A stretch of DNA of 64,000 bases from Actinomycetota bacterium (GTDB taxonomy: Bacteria > Actinomycetota > UBA4738 > JBBDHU01): contig JBBDIK010000012.1 of the NCBI GenBank assembly GCA_040880465.1, positions 2,353-66,352 on the forward strand, in the 5' to 3' direction. Under the pieces are notes generated by a model. It saw only the letters and a program-made list of their open reading frames with translations. It was not told where the DNA came from and made no database searches. Position numbers and translations under genes: made by a program. Of the stretch, positions 19,217-26,848 are shown piece after piece; within the stretch, counting starts at the first letter, position 1, and each line of letters opens with the position of its first letter.

Positions 19217-21034
19217 CTACTGCCCGGTGTACTCCGTGAACACCTGCACGTTGCCGTCGGGATCGGTCGCCACGACCTGCGTGTAGCCGGGCTGTGGGTC
19301 GATGCCCTTGCGGGTGTTGATGGCCGGGATCAACGGGAACGTCGAACCGGTCTGCTTGAGCCGGTTGTATGTCATCTCCGCCGAGGCGATCCAGAAGCTC
19401 ATGTACCCGCTCGGCACGCCGGCCCTGGGCAGTCCGTCGCGCGATGGCTTGGCGATGTAGATCCCGAACACGACGCCGCTGTCGGCCCACCAGCCTCGGT
19501 ACCCGGAGTCCGGGTACGGACGCCCGAGTTTCATGACGTCGCGGTAGAAGGTCTCGGCGGCCGTCAGGTCACTCACGGGGTAGCCCGAGTAGTCCAGCGA
19601 CAGGGCCCCGCCCGCGTGGACCTCCGCACCGACCACCATCGTCACGAGAGGCCTGGCGTTCGCGTTCAGCACGTGCGTAACGAATGCCGTGTCCCGGAAC
19701 GGGTGCGCACCGGTTCCCGTCAAGACCATCTCGTAGCTCACGACCGAACGGGTGCCGAGCGGCCGCACGCGGACCGAGTTGGCAGCCATGCTGGCGACCA
19801 GTCCACCGGAGGTGCGGTCGTAGCCGGACCAGTACTCGTTCGCCAGGGTGGTCGCCAGCGTCGAACCGGCCTCCAGCCCTCGCACGCGCGTCCGCGTGTC
19901 GTCGAACCAGCGGCCGGCCTTGTACATCGTCTGCATCGTGGCTCCATCCGTTCGCAGCCACGCGGTCGCGATCTTCTTCGCGGCGAGCGTCCTCGCATCC
20001 GTTCCGGTGAACCCGGTCGGCTCGGGCGGGACCCCAGAGCCGGCCGCCGTGAAGTTGCGCTGCAGGATGACGAACGGGTTCTCGGTCGGCCGGTCCAGCC
20101 CGACCGCGTACAGGTCCGATCCCTGCTTCAACAGGGTCGTGTCCGTGCCCTGGACGAACCGCACGCCGGCGGCCTTGAGTCGATCGCGTTCGGCCCGCAC
20201 ATCATCGACGTAGAAGACCGCCCAGCCGTTCGGCTTGCCGGGGGTGATCGTCGCCAGGCCGTTCAGCCGGGTCCGGTCCAGGATGAAGTGAGCGCCCTTG
20301 AGCTGGAACGAGGCTCGGTCGGCCGTGACGTACTCCGGCGGCCCGGCGAACTGCGAGTAGAAGGCAACTTGTCGGTTCATATCCTTGACCGGGGTCACCC
20401 AGTCGAACGGGAACGTCTCGGCGCCCGGCCTGCTGCGGCCGACCCGGAAGCTCAGGTTCCACGAGTCGGTCTGATGGGCGATCTTCCAGGAGCTGCCCAC
20501 CTTCGTGAACGCCTGCACGACCAGGCCCTGATCGGTGTAGCACCAGCGGGCGCCGCCCCGGACGTCGACCCAGTAGAGAGCGGTGGCCGACGAGCCCTCC
20601 GCCCACAGCTCCGCATGGTTGATCTTGAAGCTCTCGGCGATGACGCCGGTCGGGCGTTCGTAGGCGGTCCACTCGACCGGCAGGGCCGATGCCACCGCGT
20701 CGGCGCCCTGCTGGAGGCCGCTCGCGCCCCAGCGTCCGCTCATCTTCGTGACGTCGGAGGTGACGTAGGTGCGGTAGCCGGAGACGTCCATCGCGAGGTA
20801 GCGCTGCCAGGACTTGGTGATCGTCGAGATGAGCGCGTTCTTGTCGGCGGTGCTCGCGCTCGACGAAACGACCTCGGTGGCGGGGAACGAGACGGCGCCC
20901 GGCCCATCGCCACACACGGCGTTCGCCGGTTGCGCCGCAGACGTGATGCTCAGCACGATCGCGAACGCGGCGGTGATCGCCCCGTTGCGAAGGAGGTGTC
21001 CCCGTCGGCGCTGTGTCCTGCTCATCCCCATCAC
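19217..21034 (-). CDS. secreted protein with a duplicated (NTF2/SnoaL-like + VOC/glyoxalase-like) module
   Basis: Signal peptide (AITAAFAIVLSITSAAQPANA). There are two VOC-like segments, GWAVFYVDDV...AAGVRF and YMSFWIASAEMTYNRL...VATDPDGNVQVF. Each is preceded by an NTF2-like segment. Confidence 0.7.
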   Translation of the reverse strand: MMGMSRTQRRRGHLLRNGAITAAFAIVLSITSAAQPANAVCGDGPGAVSFPATEVVSSSASTADKNALISTITKSWQRYLAMDVSGYRTYVTSDVTKMSGRWGASGLQQGADAVASALPVEWTAYERPTGVIAESFKINHAELWAEGSSATALYWVDVRGGARWCYTDQGLVVQAFTKVGSSWKIAHQTDSWNLSFRVGRSRPGAETFPFDWVTPVKDMNRQVAFYSQFAGPPEYVTADRASFQLKGAHFILDRTRLNGLATITPGKPNGWAVFYVDDVRAERDRLKAAGVRFVQGTDTTLLKQGSDLYAVGLDRPTENPFVILQRNFTAAGSGVPPEPTGFTGTDARTLAAKKIATAWLRTDGATMQTMYKAGRWFDDTRTRVRGLEAGSTLATTLANEYWSGYDRTSGGLVASMAANSVRVRPLGTRSVVSYEMVLTGTGAHPFRDTAFVTHVLNANARPLVTMVVGAEVHAGGALSLDYSGYPVSDLTAAETFYRDVMKLGRPYPDSGYRGWWADSGVVFGIYIAKPSRDGLPRAGVPSGYMSFWIASAEMTYNRLKQTGSTFPLIPAINTRKGIDPQPGYTQVVATDPDGNVQVFTEYTGQ

Positions 21035-21263
21035 CCTTCCGTTGTCGGCGTTCCTACCCCTGTCATCGAGAGGAGAACGCGGCGACTGAACGTGTTTGCC
21101 CTGCGGTTTCCGACAGATAGGCCTGTCGGTTGTTGGTGATTCCGCAGCGCTAGTCCGGAATGACTACGCGAACCGAGTCATTGCGGGTCATCCTGGCGGG
21201 GAAGGCTCAGCCGGTGGGGCGCACATGCCGACAACCGGGGACAACGGATCAGGAGGTGCGGCG

Positions 21264-21740
21264 ATGGTGACGAGGATGCGATTCGACGAACTGGACCGGC
21301 AGATCGTCCACGTCCTACAAGGCGACGGCCGGGCATCGTTCGCCGAGTTGGCGCGAGAGTTGGGGGCGTCCGAGGCGACGATCCGCGCGCGGGTGGCGCG
21401 CCTGCTGCGCAGCGGCGCCGTGAAGGTCGTCGCGTCGGTGGATGCCTTGGAACTCGGATTCACGGTGGCGTACATCGGTGTTCGCGTCCGAGGGGGAGCG
21501 CTGGACCGGGTCCTGAAGGCCATGCGGGCAACGCCGGAGGTCACGTACGTGGTCGTGTGCGCGGGTTCGTTCGACCTGTTCGTCGAAGTGGTGTGCACGG
21601 ACGGTCCGGCACTGATGCGCCTCTTGGATGAGCGGATCAGACAGGCTCCCGGGGTCGAGTACGCGGAGACGTTCACCGTGCTGGATATCGCCAAGGATGA
21701 GTACCAATGGCCGGAGTCCGGCGTCTCGATCCCGGCCTGA
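21264..21740 (+). CDS. Lrp/AsnC family transcriptional regulator
   Basis: AGGAGG lies 7 nt upstream of the ATG at 21264. HTH segment DELDRQIVHVLQGDGRASFAELARELGASEATIRARVARL, followed by an AsnC-type ligand-binding fold. Confidence 0.85.
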   Translation: MVTRMRFDELDRQIVHVLQGDGRASFAELARELGASEATIRARVARLLRSGAVKVVASVDALELGFTVAYIGVRVRGGALDRVLKAMRATPEVTYVVVCAGSFDLFVEVVCTDGPALMRLLDERIRQAPGVEYAETFTVLDIAKDEYQWPESGVSIPA

Positions 21741-21741
21741 A

Positions 21742-22395
21742 CTACGCGCTGTAGCCGCGGAGGCCGCGGAGCTGGTCATCGACCGAGAGCATCGAGTTAT
21801 CCAGGTCGAAGCGTGCATACTCGGCGAAGAGTGGCGTCCAGACGGAGCCGAAGATCCGAGCGGGGGGCCCTTCCGCCTTGCCGCCGACCCGGTTCGTGGC
21901 GAACGGGAAGAGTGGGGAACCTTCGACCTTCTGCTCGCCGTTGGCGTCGAGGTTCGCGTCGAACCGGAACGCGCACGCGCCTTCGATCTTGATGATGGGG
22001 GAGGTTCCCTTCTCGACCTTGATGGCGGCTCGCTCCATCCCGATGTACTCGCCGATCAGCTCCTGGATGTCCGAGAACGGGCCGCCGTGGCGGCCGCTCA
22101 GGATCTCCTCGACCGCGCGGGCAACGTCGTCGGACGCCGACTCATCGACGATGATCCCCATCTCCCAGAACTCGCTGGTCCCGAGCTTCTCCGGGAAGAA
22201 GTTCACGAGTGCGAAATCCGAGCCGGAGAGGTCCGCGTGCTGGGTGGCGCCTTCGAGCTTCCCTTCCTGGACGCGGAAGAGGACGATGCCCTTGCACCCT
22301 CCGTGCGTGTCGTTAAGGCGGCCGTCGATCTGCCAGTGCTCGTCGACGTTGCACGAACACGTGGCGATGTACGCTCCGGCGATCCGCCAATCCAT
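21742..22395 (-). CDS. DUF1326-like protein
   Basis: N-terminal W-x-I-x-G...C-S-C pattern and a size typical of DUF1326. The assignment is from memory of the family. Confidence 0.6.
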   Translation of the reverse strand: MDWRIAGAYIATCSCNVDEHWQIDGRLNDTHGGCKGIVLFRVQEGKLEGATQHADLSGSDFALVNFFPEKLGTSEFWEMGIIVDESASDDVARAVEEILSGRHGGPFSDIQELIGEYIGMERAAIKVEKGTSPIIKIEGACAFRFDANLDANGEQKVEGSPLFPFATNRVGGKAEGPPARIFGSVWTPLFAEYARFDLDNSMLSVDDQLRGLRGYSA

Positions 22396-22507
22396 GGCCC
22401 CGCACCAGCTCCTTCACAGGTGGCCGTGAGGGAAGTATGCCCCATCCCGCACGCACACGCGAGGGGTGTCCCAGGCACCGCACCTCCGGGAGTCCTAGAG
22501 TCGCAGC

Positions 22508-22795
22508 GTGACTGCAGGCAGCGATGGACCGGAAGGGGGCCTCGCGGAAGGCGATGAGGTCGCTCCCGGGTGCCGGTACTGCGGGCGAGCAACGTTCGAT
22601 CCGGACAAGCGAGACCGGCCGTGGGTCCGCGGCGTGGCTGCTGGGCTTCAGGTCCTCGTTTGCCCGGCGTGCCAGGCGGATCGGGCAGGCTGGGCCGACG
22701 AGCTGGACCGATGCACGGCGTGCGATTCCCCCCGGCTCTCTGCCATGCTTGGAGAGATCGTGTGCCGCGCATGTGGGCATGCATCGGGCGCTTAG
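22508..22795 (+). CDS. small Cys-rich protein with four CxxC pairs (double zinc-ribbon-like)
   Basis: CRYC, CPAC, CTAC and CRAC motifs. The 3' end overlaps tRNA-Val by 10 nt. No family recognised. Confidence 0.4.
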   Translation: MTAGSDGPEGGLAEGDEVAPGCRYCGRATFDPDKRDRPWVRGVAAGLQVLVCPACQADRAGWADELDRCTACDSPRLSAMLGEIVCRACGHASGA

Positions 22796-22860
22796 CTCAG
22801 TGGGAGAGCACTTCCCTTACAAGGAAGGGGTCGGGGGTTCAAATCCCTCAGCGCCCACCA
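22786..22860 (+). tRNA. tRNA-Val (anticodon TAC), CCA encoded
   Basis: Acceptor GGGCGCT/AGCGCCC, D arm GCTC/GAGC, anticodon arm CTTCC-CTTACAA-GGAAG, T arm GGGGG-TTCAAAT-CCCTC, then ACCA. Confidence 0.92.
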
Positions 22861-23203
22861 AAGAAATGCCAGGTCAGCAGTGTTGTCGTTCGCATCGCAC
22901 GTCTCGGATCCGCTGGCCTCGCTCGCTACGGTCAAGCGAAAGTCAATCGCACTCCTCACCCCACAGTTGAGCACTTCCCTCGGGGGCGCAAAGCACTCAC
23001 GCACTTGACCCGATGGTGTCGGGCAAGCAAGCTTGCCCGATGAACGCTCCTCACCCCGATCGGTGCCGCGGCACGGCTAGTCTTCGCCGATGAGAGTCGC
23101 GGAATCCCGTTTCGAGCATCTCGGAAGTGCCCAGGGTGCAATGGGCTTTCGTCTCGGTGGGCCTCACACGAACCAACGGATGGTCACATGCGAGGGCGAA
23201 GAC

Positions 23204-23929
23204 ATGTACGACCTCAGTGTCCACTGCGAAACGTGCGCGTTCACGTTTGAACGGGTTGGTGTTCCGAATCCATCCGCGCTGCCTGTATCGGTTCTTCGCG
23301 GTCGGCTTCGGCGGGGGCTGGAATCGCTCGATCGGGAGGTGGTCGAGGCGTACGCCGAGATTTTGCCGGAGGGTGACTACGTCGTCTCGCTCAGCGATCT
23401 CCGCCCCAAGCTCGTGCACCCGCTCGATGAGGATGACTATTTCGCGAATGAAGGTCGTGCGCTGTTCGGAACCGAGGCCCCCTTCTACGATCTCCCAGCA
23501 ACTCCGAGGACTCCCTACTACCGGGCGGATGGGGAAAGGACGTTCAACCCCGTCGGGAAGATGTGGGGATACAACACGGACGAGCCGTGGCCGCAAAGGG
23601 CAGCAAGCTTTGTCTTCCTTGCCCCAATGAACTCGATTAGTAGCCTCGACCCGAACACCCTGGCTGAGTACCGATCCTCCGCCGGTCGGGGTACCGCAGT
23701 CGCATTGTCCGTGCTCGATGCGAAGGCTCCGGTCGTCGGCTTCGACGCTGATCCTGACTATGAGGTCGACGCTCACTGGTGCTGGACCCACTACCTCCTG
23801 GATGGTCATCACAAGACTCGGGCCACTTCTCTCGAAGGGGACTCGCTCTCCCTGCTGTCGTTCACCGCCCTTGAAGAGGGCGTTTCCACGCGAGCCGATG
23901 TTGAGCAGTTGATAGCCCTCCTTGGGTGA
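23204..23929 (+). CDS. hypothetical protein (cassette 1)
   Basis: Protein-like composition from the ATG at 23204 (MYDLSVHCETCAF...). The opposite-strand 342-aa ORF is Arg/Gly-rich and starts inside repeat R1. No family recognised. Confidence 0.55.
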   Translation: MYDLSVHCETCAFTFERVGVPNPSALPVSVLRGRLRRGLESLDREVVEAYAEILPEGDYVVSLSDLRPKLVHPLDEDDYFANEGRALFGTEAPFYDLPATPRTPYYRADGERTFNPVGKMWGYNTDEPWPQRAASFVFLAPMNSISSLDPNTLAEYRSSAGRGTAVALSVLDAKAPVVGFDADPDYEVDAHWCWTHYLLDGHHKTRATSLEGDSLSLLSFTALEEGVSTRADVEQLIALLG

Positions 23930-23995
23930 ACCCCCCTGCCGCGATCGGGTGGAGAGGTCTTCATGCGACCACGCACCCTTGGTGCCCTCGATTCC

Positions 23996-24167
23996 GGTCA
24001 AGAAATAGTCAAGGAGCCGACGGTACTTGCCGGTACTTGTGTGACTCATGTGACTGCGGAAAACGAACGACTCCCGCATACATGCTGGTCAGAGCGTCGC
24101 AGCGCCGAGATAGAGAGTCTCTCTTACAAGGAAGGGGTCGCAGGTTCAAATCCTGCAGCGCCCACCA
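23996..24167 (+). repeat. R1: 172-bp arm + tRNA-Val 3'-half repeat
   Basis: GGTCAAGAAATAGTCAAGGAGCCGACGGTACTTGCCGGTACTTGTGTGACTCATGTGACT...CTTACAAGGAAGGGGTCGCAGGTTCAAATCCTGCAGCGCCCACCA. Confidence 0.95.
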
Positions 24168-24198
24168 ACCACGGGGGTTTCACGCGAGTGCTTTTCGT

Positions 24199-24223
24199 CC
24201 GGTCAAGCAGAATCCTTGACCGG
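24199..24223 (-). terminator. 9-bp stem / 7-nt loop hairpin 20 nt downstream of the 24244..24924 stop
   Basis: CCGGTCAAG-cagaatc-CTTGACCGG. There is no U tract on either strand, so it may be a protein-binding inverted repeat (it contains the GGTCAAG motif) rather than a terminator. Confidence 0.3.
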
Positions 24224-24243
24224 CTGGCGCGCGCGCCTCTTGC

Positions 24244-24924
24244 TTAGTCGAGCTGGATTCCAAGCCGACGCGAGACCTCCCGAACGAACGGAAGGTGGCG
24301 ATCGTTCGCGGCGGCCGCGTGTGCCTGCATGAGAGATGTTGCAGTCGCGAGGTCGCCGGATGCGTGACGCATGACGGCAAGGTCGAAGAGAGGTCGGGGG
24401 TATCTGAACGGGTCGTCGCCAGCGTCCCACTTCGCATGGATGGCCTCTCGGTCTGGGAAGGAATCGAGATAGGGAATCCCATACTCGGAGATGAGTTCTG
24501 ACATGCGAAGCCCGATCTCGGGAGTAGGTGGGTCAAGGCTCCACCAGCCCTCATCCCCGCGCTCCATGATGTGCCCAAGCCGTTGCAGGATCTGACAGTC
24601 GTGTGCACCGATGAAAGTCGGAGTTGTGGAGAACTGCACGCGGTGTATCTCTGGGATGAAGACTCCAAGGTTCACAGTGAAGGAGCCGTACTTCGAGGGT
24701 CCGAGTACCCGGGCGCGGCTCTCCATGACTCGTCGCTGGTCCCCAGCGGATAGATTTGGCGGGATCGGTTCGAAACGAGCCATCTCGAAGCCCAAGACAT
24801 GGGTGAGGCCGTCAGCAGTCAAACGGTTGAAGTTGTTTGCGCGCTTCCGGAAGCCAGCGGCCTTCATGATCGGGGCGACGTAGGTTGCCACGTCCTTCAT
24901 GCGCACTGCGATCTCGGTCGGCAT
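24244..24924 (-). CDS. DUF4304-like protein (cassette 2)
   Basis: N-terminal AAGFRKRANNFNR...HVLGFE pattern resembles DUF4304. This is the only cassette gene on the minus strand. Confidence 0.6.
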   Translation of the reverse strand: MPTEIAVRMKDVATYVAPIMKAAGFRKRANNFNRLTADGLTHVLGFEMARFEPIPPNLSAGDQRRVMESRARVLGPSKYGSFTVNLGVFIPEIHRVQFSTTPTFIGAHDCQILQRLGHIMERGDEGWWSLDPPTPEIGLRMSELISEYGIPYLDSFPDREAIHAKWDAGDDPFRYPRPLFDLAVMRHASGDLATATSLMQAHAAAANDRHLPFVREVSRRLGIQLD

Positions 24925-24964
24925 GAGGACGAGGATAGTCCCGACTCACGGGCGCAAGGTAGCC

Positions 24965-25135
24965 GGTCAAGAAATAGTCAAGGAGCCGACGGTACTTGAC
25001 GGTACTTGTGTGACTCATGTGACTACAGAAGGCGAACGCCTCCCGCATACATGCTGGTCACAGCGTTGTCGGGTGGGGTGGGCGTTCTCCCTTACAAGGA
25101 AGGGGTCGCAGGTTCAAATCCTGCAGCGTCCACCA
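24965..25135 (+). repeat. R2: 171-bp arm + tRNA-Val 3'-half repeat
   Basis: 7 mismatches to R1 over the first ~102 nt (hand alignment). The linker differs. The tRNA half is identical to R1 except AGCGTCC in place of AGCGCCC. Confidence 0.95.
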
Positions 25136-25281
25136 AGGCTTGTCGTGTTTCGGGTGATGCTTGACGGAAGCATGACGAACATGCTGTGGTGAACCTGGCT
25201 AGCGGCTGACCCCGAAGGTCAAAGCGGGGTTCAATGACTCCCACCCGAGGGGTCCTGAGCCTGGTGGACGAGGAGGCGGTT

Positions 25282-26622
25282 ATGCGGCGAAGGATCACTA
25301 CCGCCATCGGCGTGGCCGGCGTAGTCGTTGCCTTGCTCGCGCCGGCAGGCCCCGTTCAAGCCGAAGCCCAGATCCGCTGGAGCGCTGAACACTCGGTGAC
25401 TGACGGGCCGGATGCTGCCTTCGACATCGCGCTCAGTCCTGACGCGGGAAGCGTGTATGTGACCGGCACTGTCACGATCGCGTACGACTCGGCTACTGGC
25501 TCGGAGCTATGGGTCGCCCCACCGGGGGGTCGCGCGATAGCCGTCAGCGGCGATGGTTCGATGGTGTTCGTCTCACAGGTCGCTGGCGGCGCACCCGTTT
25601 GCGGCGGCGAGACTACCGCGCTGGATTCCGAGACCGGTCTGACGCTTTGGAGCGTCCCCTTCGGCGGGCTCCTCACCTCAGATCCGGTCGGGTCAGCCCT
25701 CTATGTTGGAAACAGCGCAACGTCGTCATTCTGGCCTGACTGCCAAGGGCGCCTGATCGCTCTCAACCCAGAGGACGGCGTCGTCCGATGGCAACGGAAC
25801 CTTGCGAACGACGTGAGCATCAGGGCCATCGAGGTCTCCCCGGACGGACGGCGTGTCTTCGCCGCAGGTTCACAACTGTGGTGGGACGACTACGCCTGCG
25901 AGGAAGAGGGGCTTCCCGGAGGGAACATGTGGATTGCGACATTCCGGGCGGTTGGTGGCTCCCGCGTCTGGGACCGGACGATAAGTGCGCCGGGCTCCTC
26001 GGTTGACGGCACATCGTCTCTTGCCTTGTCCCCCTCAGGGGACCGCGCGTATCTGTACGGGGATTGGCACCCGTACGGAAGTTCGTGTTGGGGAAGGTCC
26101 GCGCCACGCGCGGCGACGCTCACGCTTCGGGCAGCGACCGGCCAGGAACAAGAAGTGGCGGTGTTCAATCACCGCAATCCGCAGATCTTCGGATGCGAGG
26201 GAGGAAGCCCCGCGGCAGGCCTCCTCGCAATCGCTCCAAGTGGACGAGCTTTGGTACATGCGGGGATCCAGTCAGGTGATTGCAAGTCCACCAACATCGT
26301 GATCGTGGCTAGTGACACACGCGGCAACGTTGAGTGGTCGCGTGAGATTGACTTGGGATCCGATGACCGTCCGCTCAGTGTGCTGTATGGACCGCAGGGC
26401 GGACGCGTGTACGTCGGGGGCGTAAGTGGCGACAGCGTGTTCGTGACCTCGCTCTCCAAGAAGAATGGGAGTCGACAGTGGCTCCAGCAGATTCCAGGAG
26501 CAGACTTTGGAGCGATGGGTGTGGGCGGCCCCGATCCATCCGTTTTCATAGCCGGATCAACGGGTGGCCCGGATTCAGACATGCTTACGGCGTCGATTGG
26601 CCCAGCGCAGTCACCGCCGTGA
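25282..26622 (+). CDS. secreted PQQ-like/BamB-like beta-propeller repeat protein (cassette 3)
   Basis: GAGGAGG lies before the ATG at 25282. Signal peptide (AIGVAGVVVALLAPAGPVQA). Repeated G-x-x-x-W/LW blade-like motifs. Confidence 0.7.
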   Translation: MRRRITTAIGVAGVVVALLAPAGPVQAEAQIRWSAEHSVTDGPDAAFDIALSPDAGSVYVTGTVTIAYDSATGSELWVAPPGGRAIAVSGDGSMVFVSQVAGGAPVCGGETTALDSETGLTLWSVPFGGLLTSDPVGSALYVGNSATSSFWPDCQGRLIALNPEDGVVRWQRNLANDVSIRAIEVSPDGRRVFAAGSQLWWDDYACEEEGLPGGNMWIATFRAVGGSRVWDRTISAPGSSVDGTSSLALSPSGDRAYLYGDWHPYGSSCWGRSAPRAATLTLRAATGQEQEVAVFNHRNPQIFGCEGGSPAAGLLAIAPSGRALVHAGIQSGDCKSTNIVIVASDTRGNVEWSREIDLGSDDRPLSVLYGPQGGRVYVGGVSGDSVFVTSLSKKNGSRQWLQQIPGADFGAMGVGGPDPSVFIAGSTGGPDSDMLTASIGPAQSPP

Positions 26623-26699
26623 GCGGACCGCTCGCCCCTTCCCTGAGCACCGGCATGACACATGCGAGGCGACCAAGAGCGTCTCGGTAGACGCTGAGC

Positions 26700-26833
26700 A
26701 GTCAAGAAATAGTCAAGGAGCCGACGGTACTTGCCGGTACTTGTGTGACTCATGTGACTGCGGAAAACGAACGCTCCCCGCATCCATGCTGGTCAGAGCG
26801 TCGTTGCGCGAGATGGAGAGTCTCTCTTACAAG
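26700..26833 (+). repeat. R3: arm copy truncated in the anticodon loop (ends ...CTCTTACAAG)
   Basis: The arm matches R1 closely, including the linker GAGATGGAGAGTCT. Similarity stops at 26833 and 15 nt later tRNA-Val #2 begins. Confidence 0.9.
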
Positions 26834-26848
26834 CACGAGTTCATATCG

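Noticed and set aside
23051-24079. A family of minus-strand ORFs all starting MRE/GxFxFxSHMSHTST(G/V)KYRRLLD(Y/S)FLT (23051..24079, 24812..25048, 26169..26783, 28189..28611), which could be read as a conserved protein family.
   Set aside because: The shared N-termini are simply the translated repeat arm. The ORFs diverge completely where the DNA repeat ends, and their remainders are Arg/Gly/Pro-rich antisense to better plus-strand genes. The few arm differences between copies are mostly non-synonymous in this frame (S/A, V/A, R/C, G/V), so there is no sign of purifying selection on a protein.
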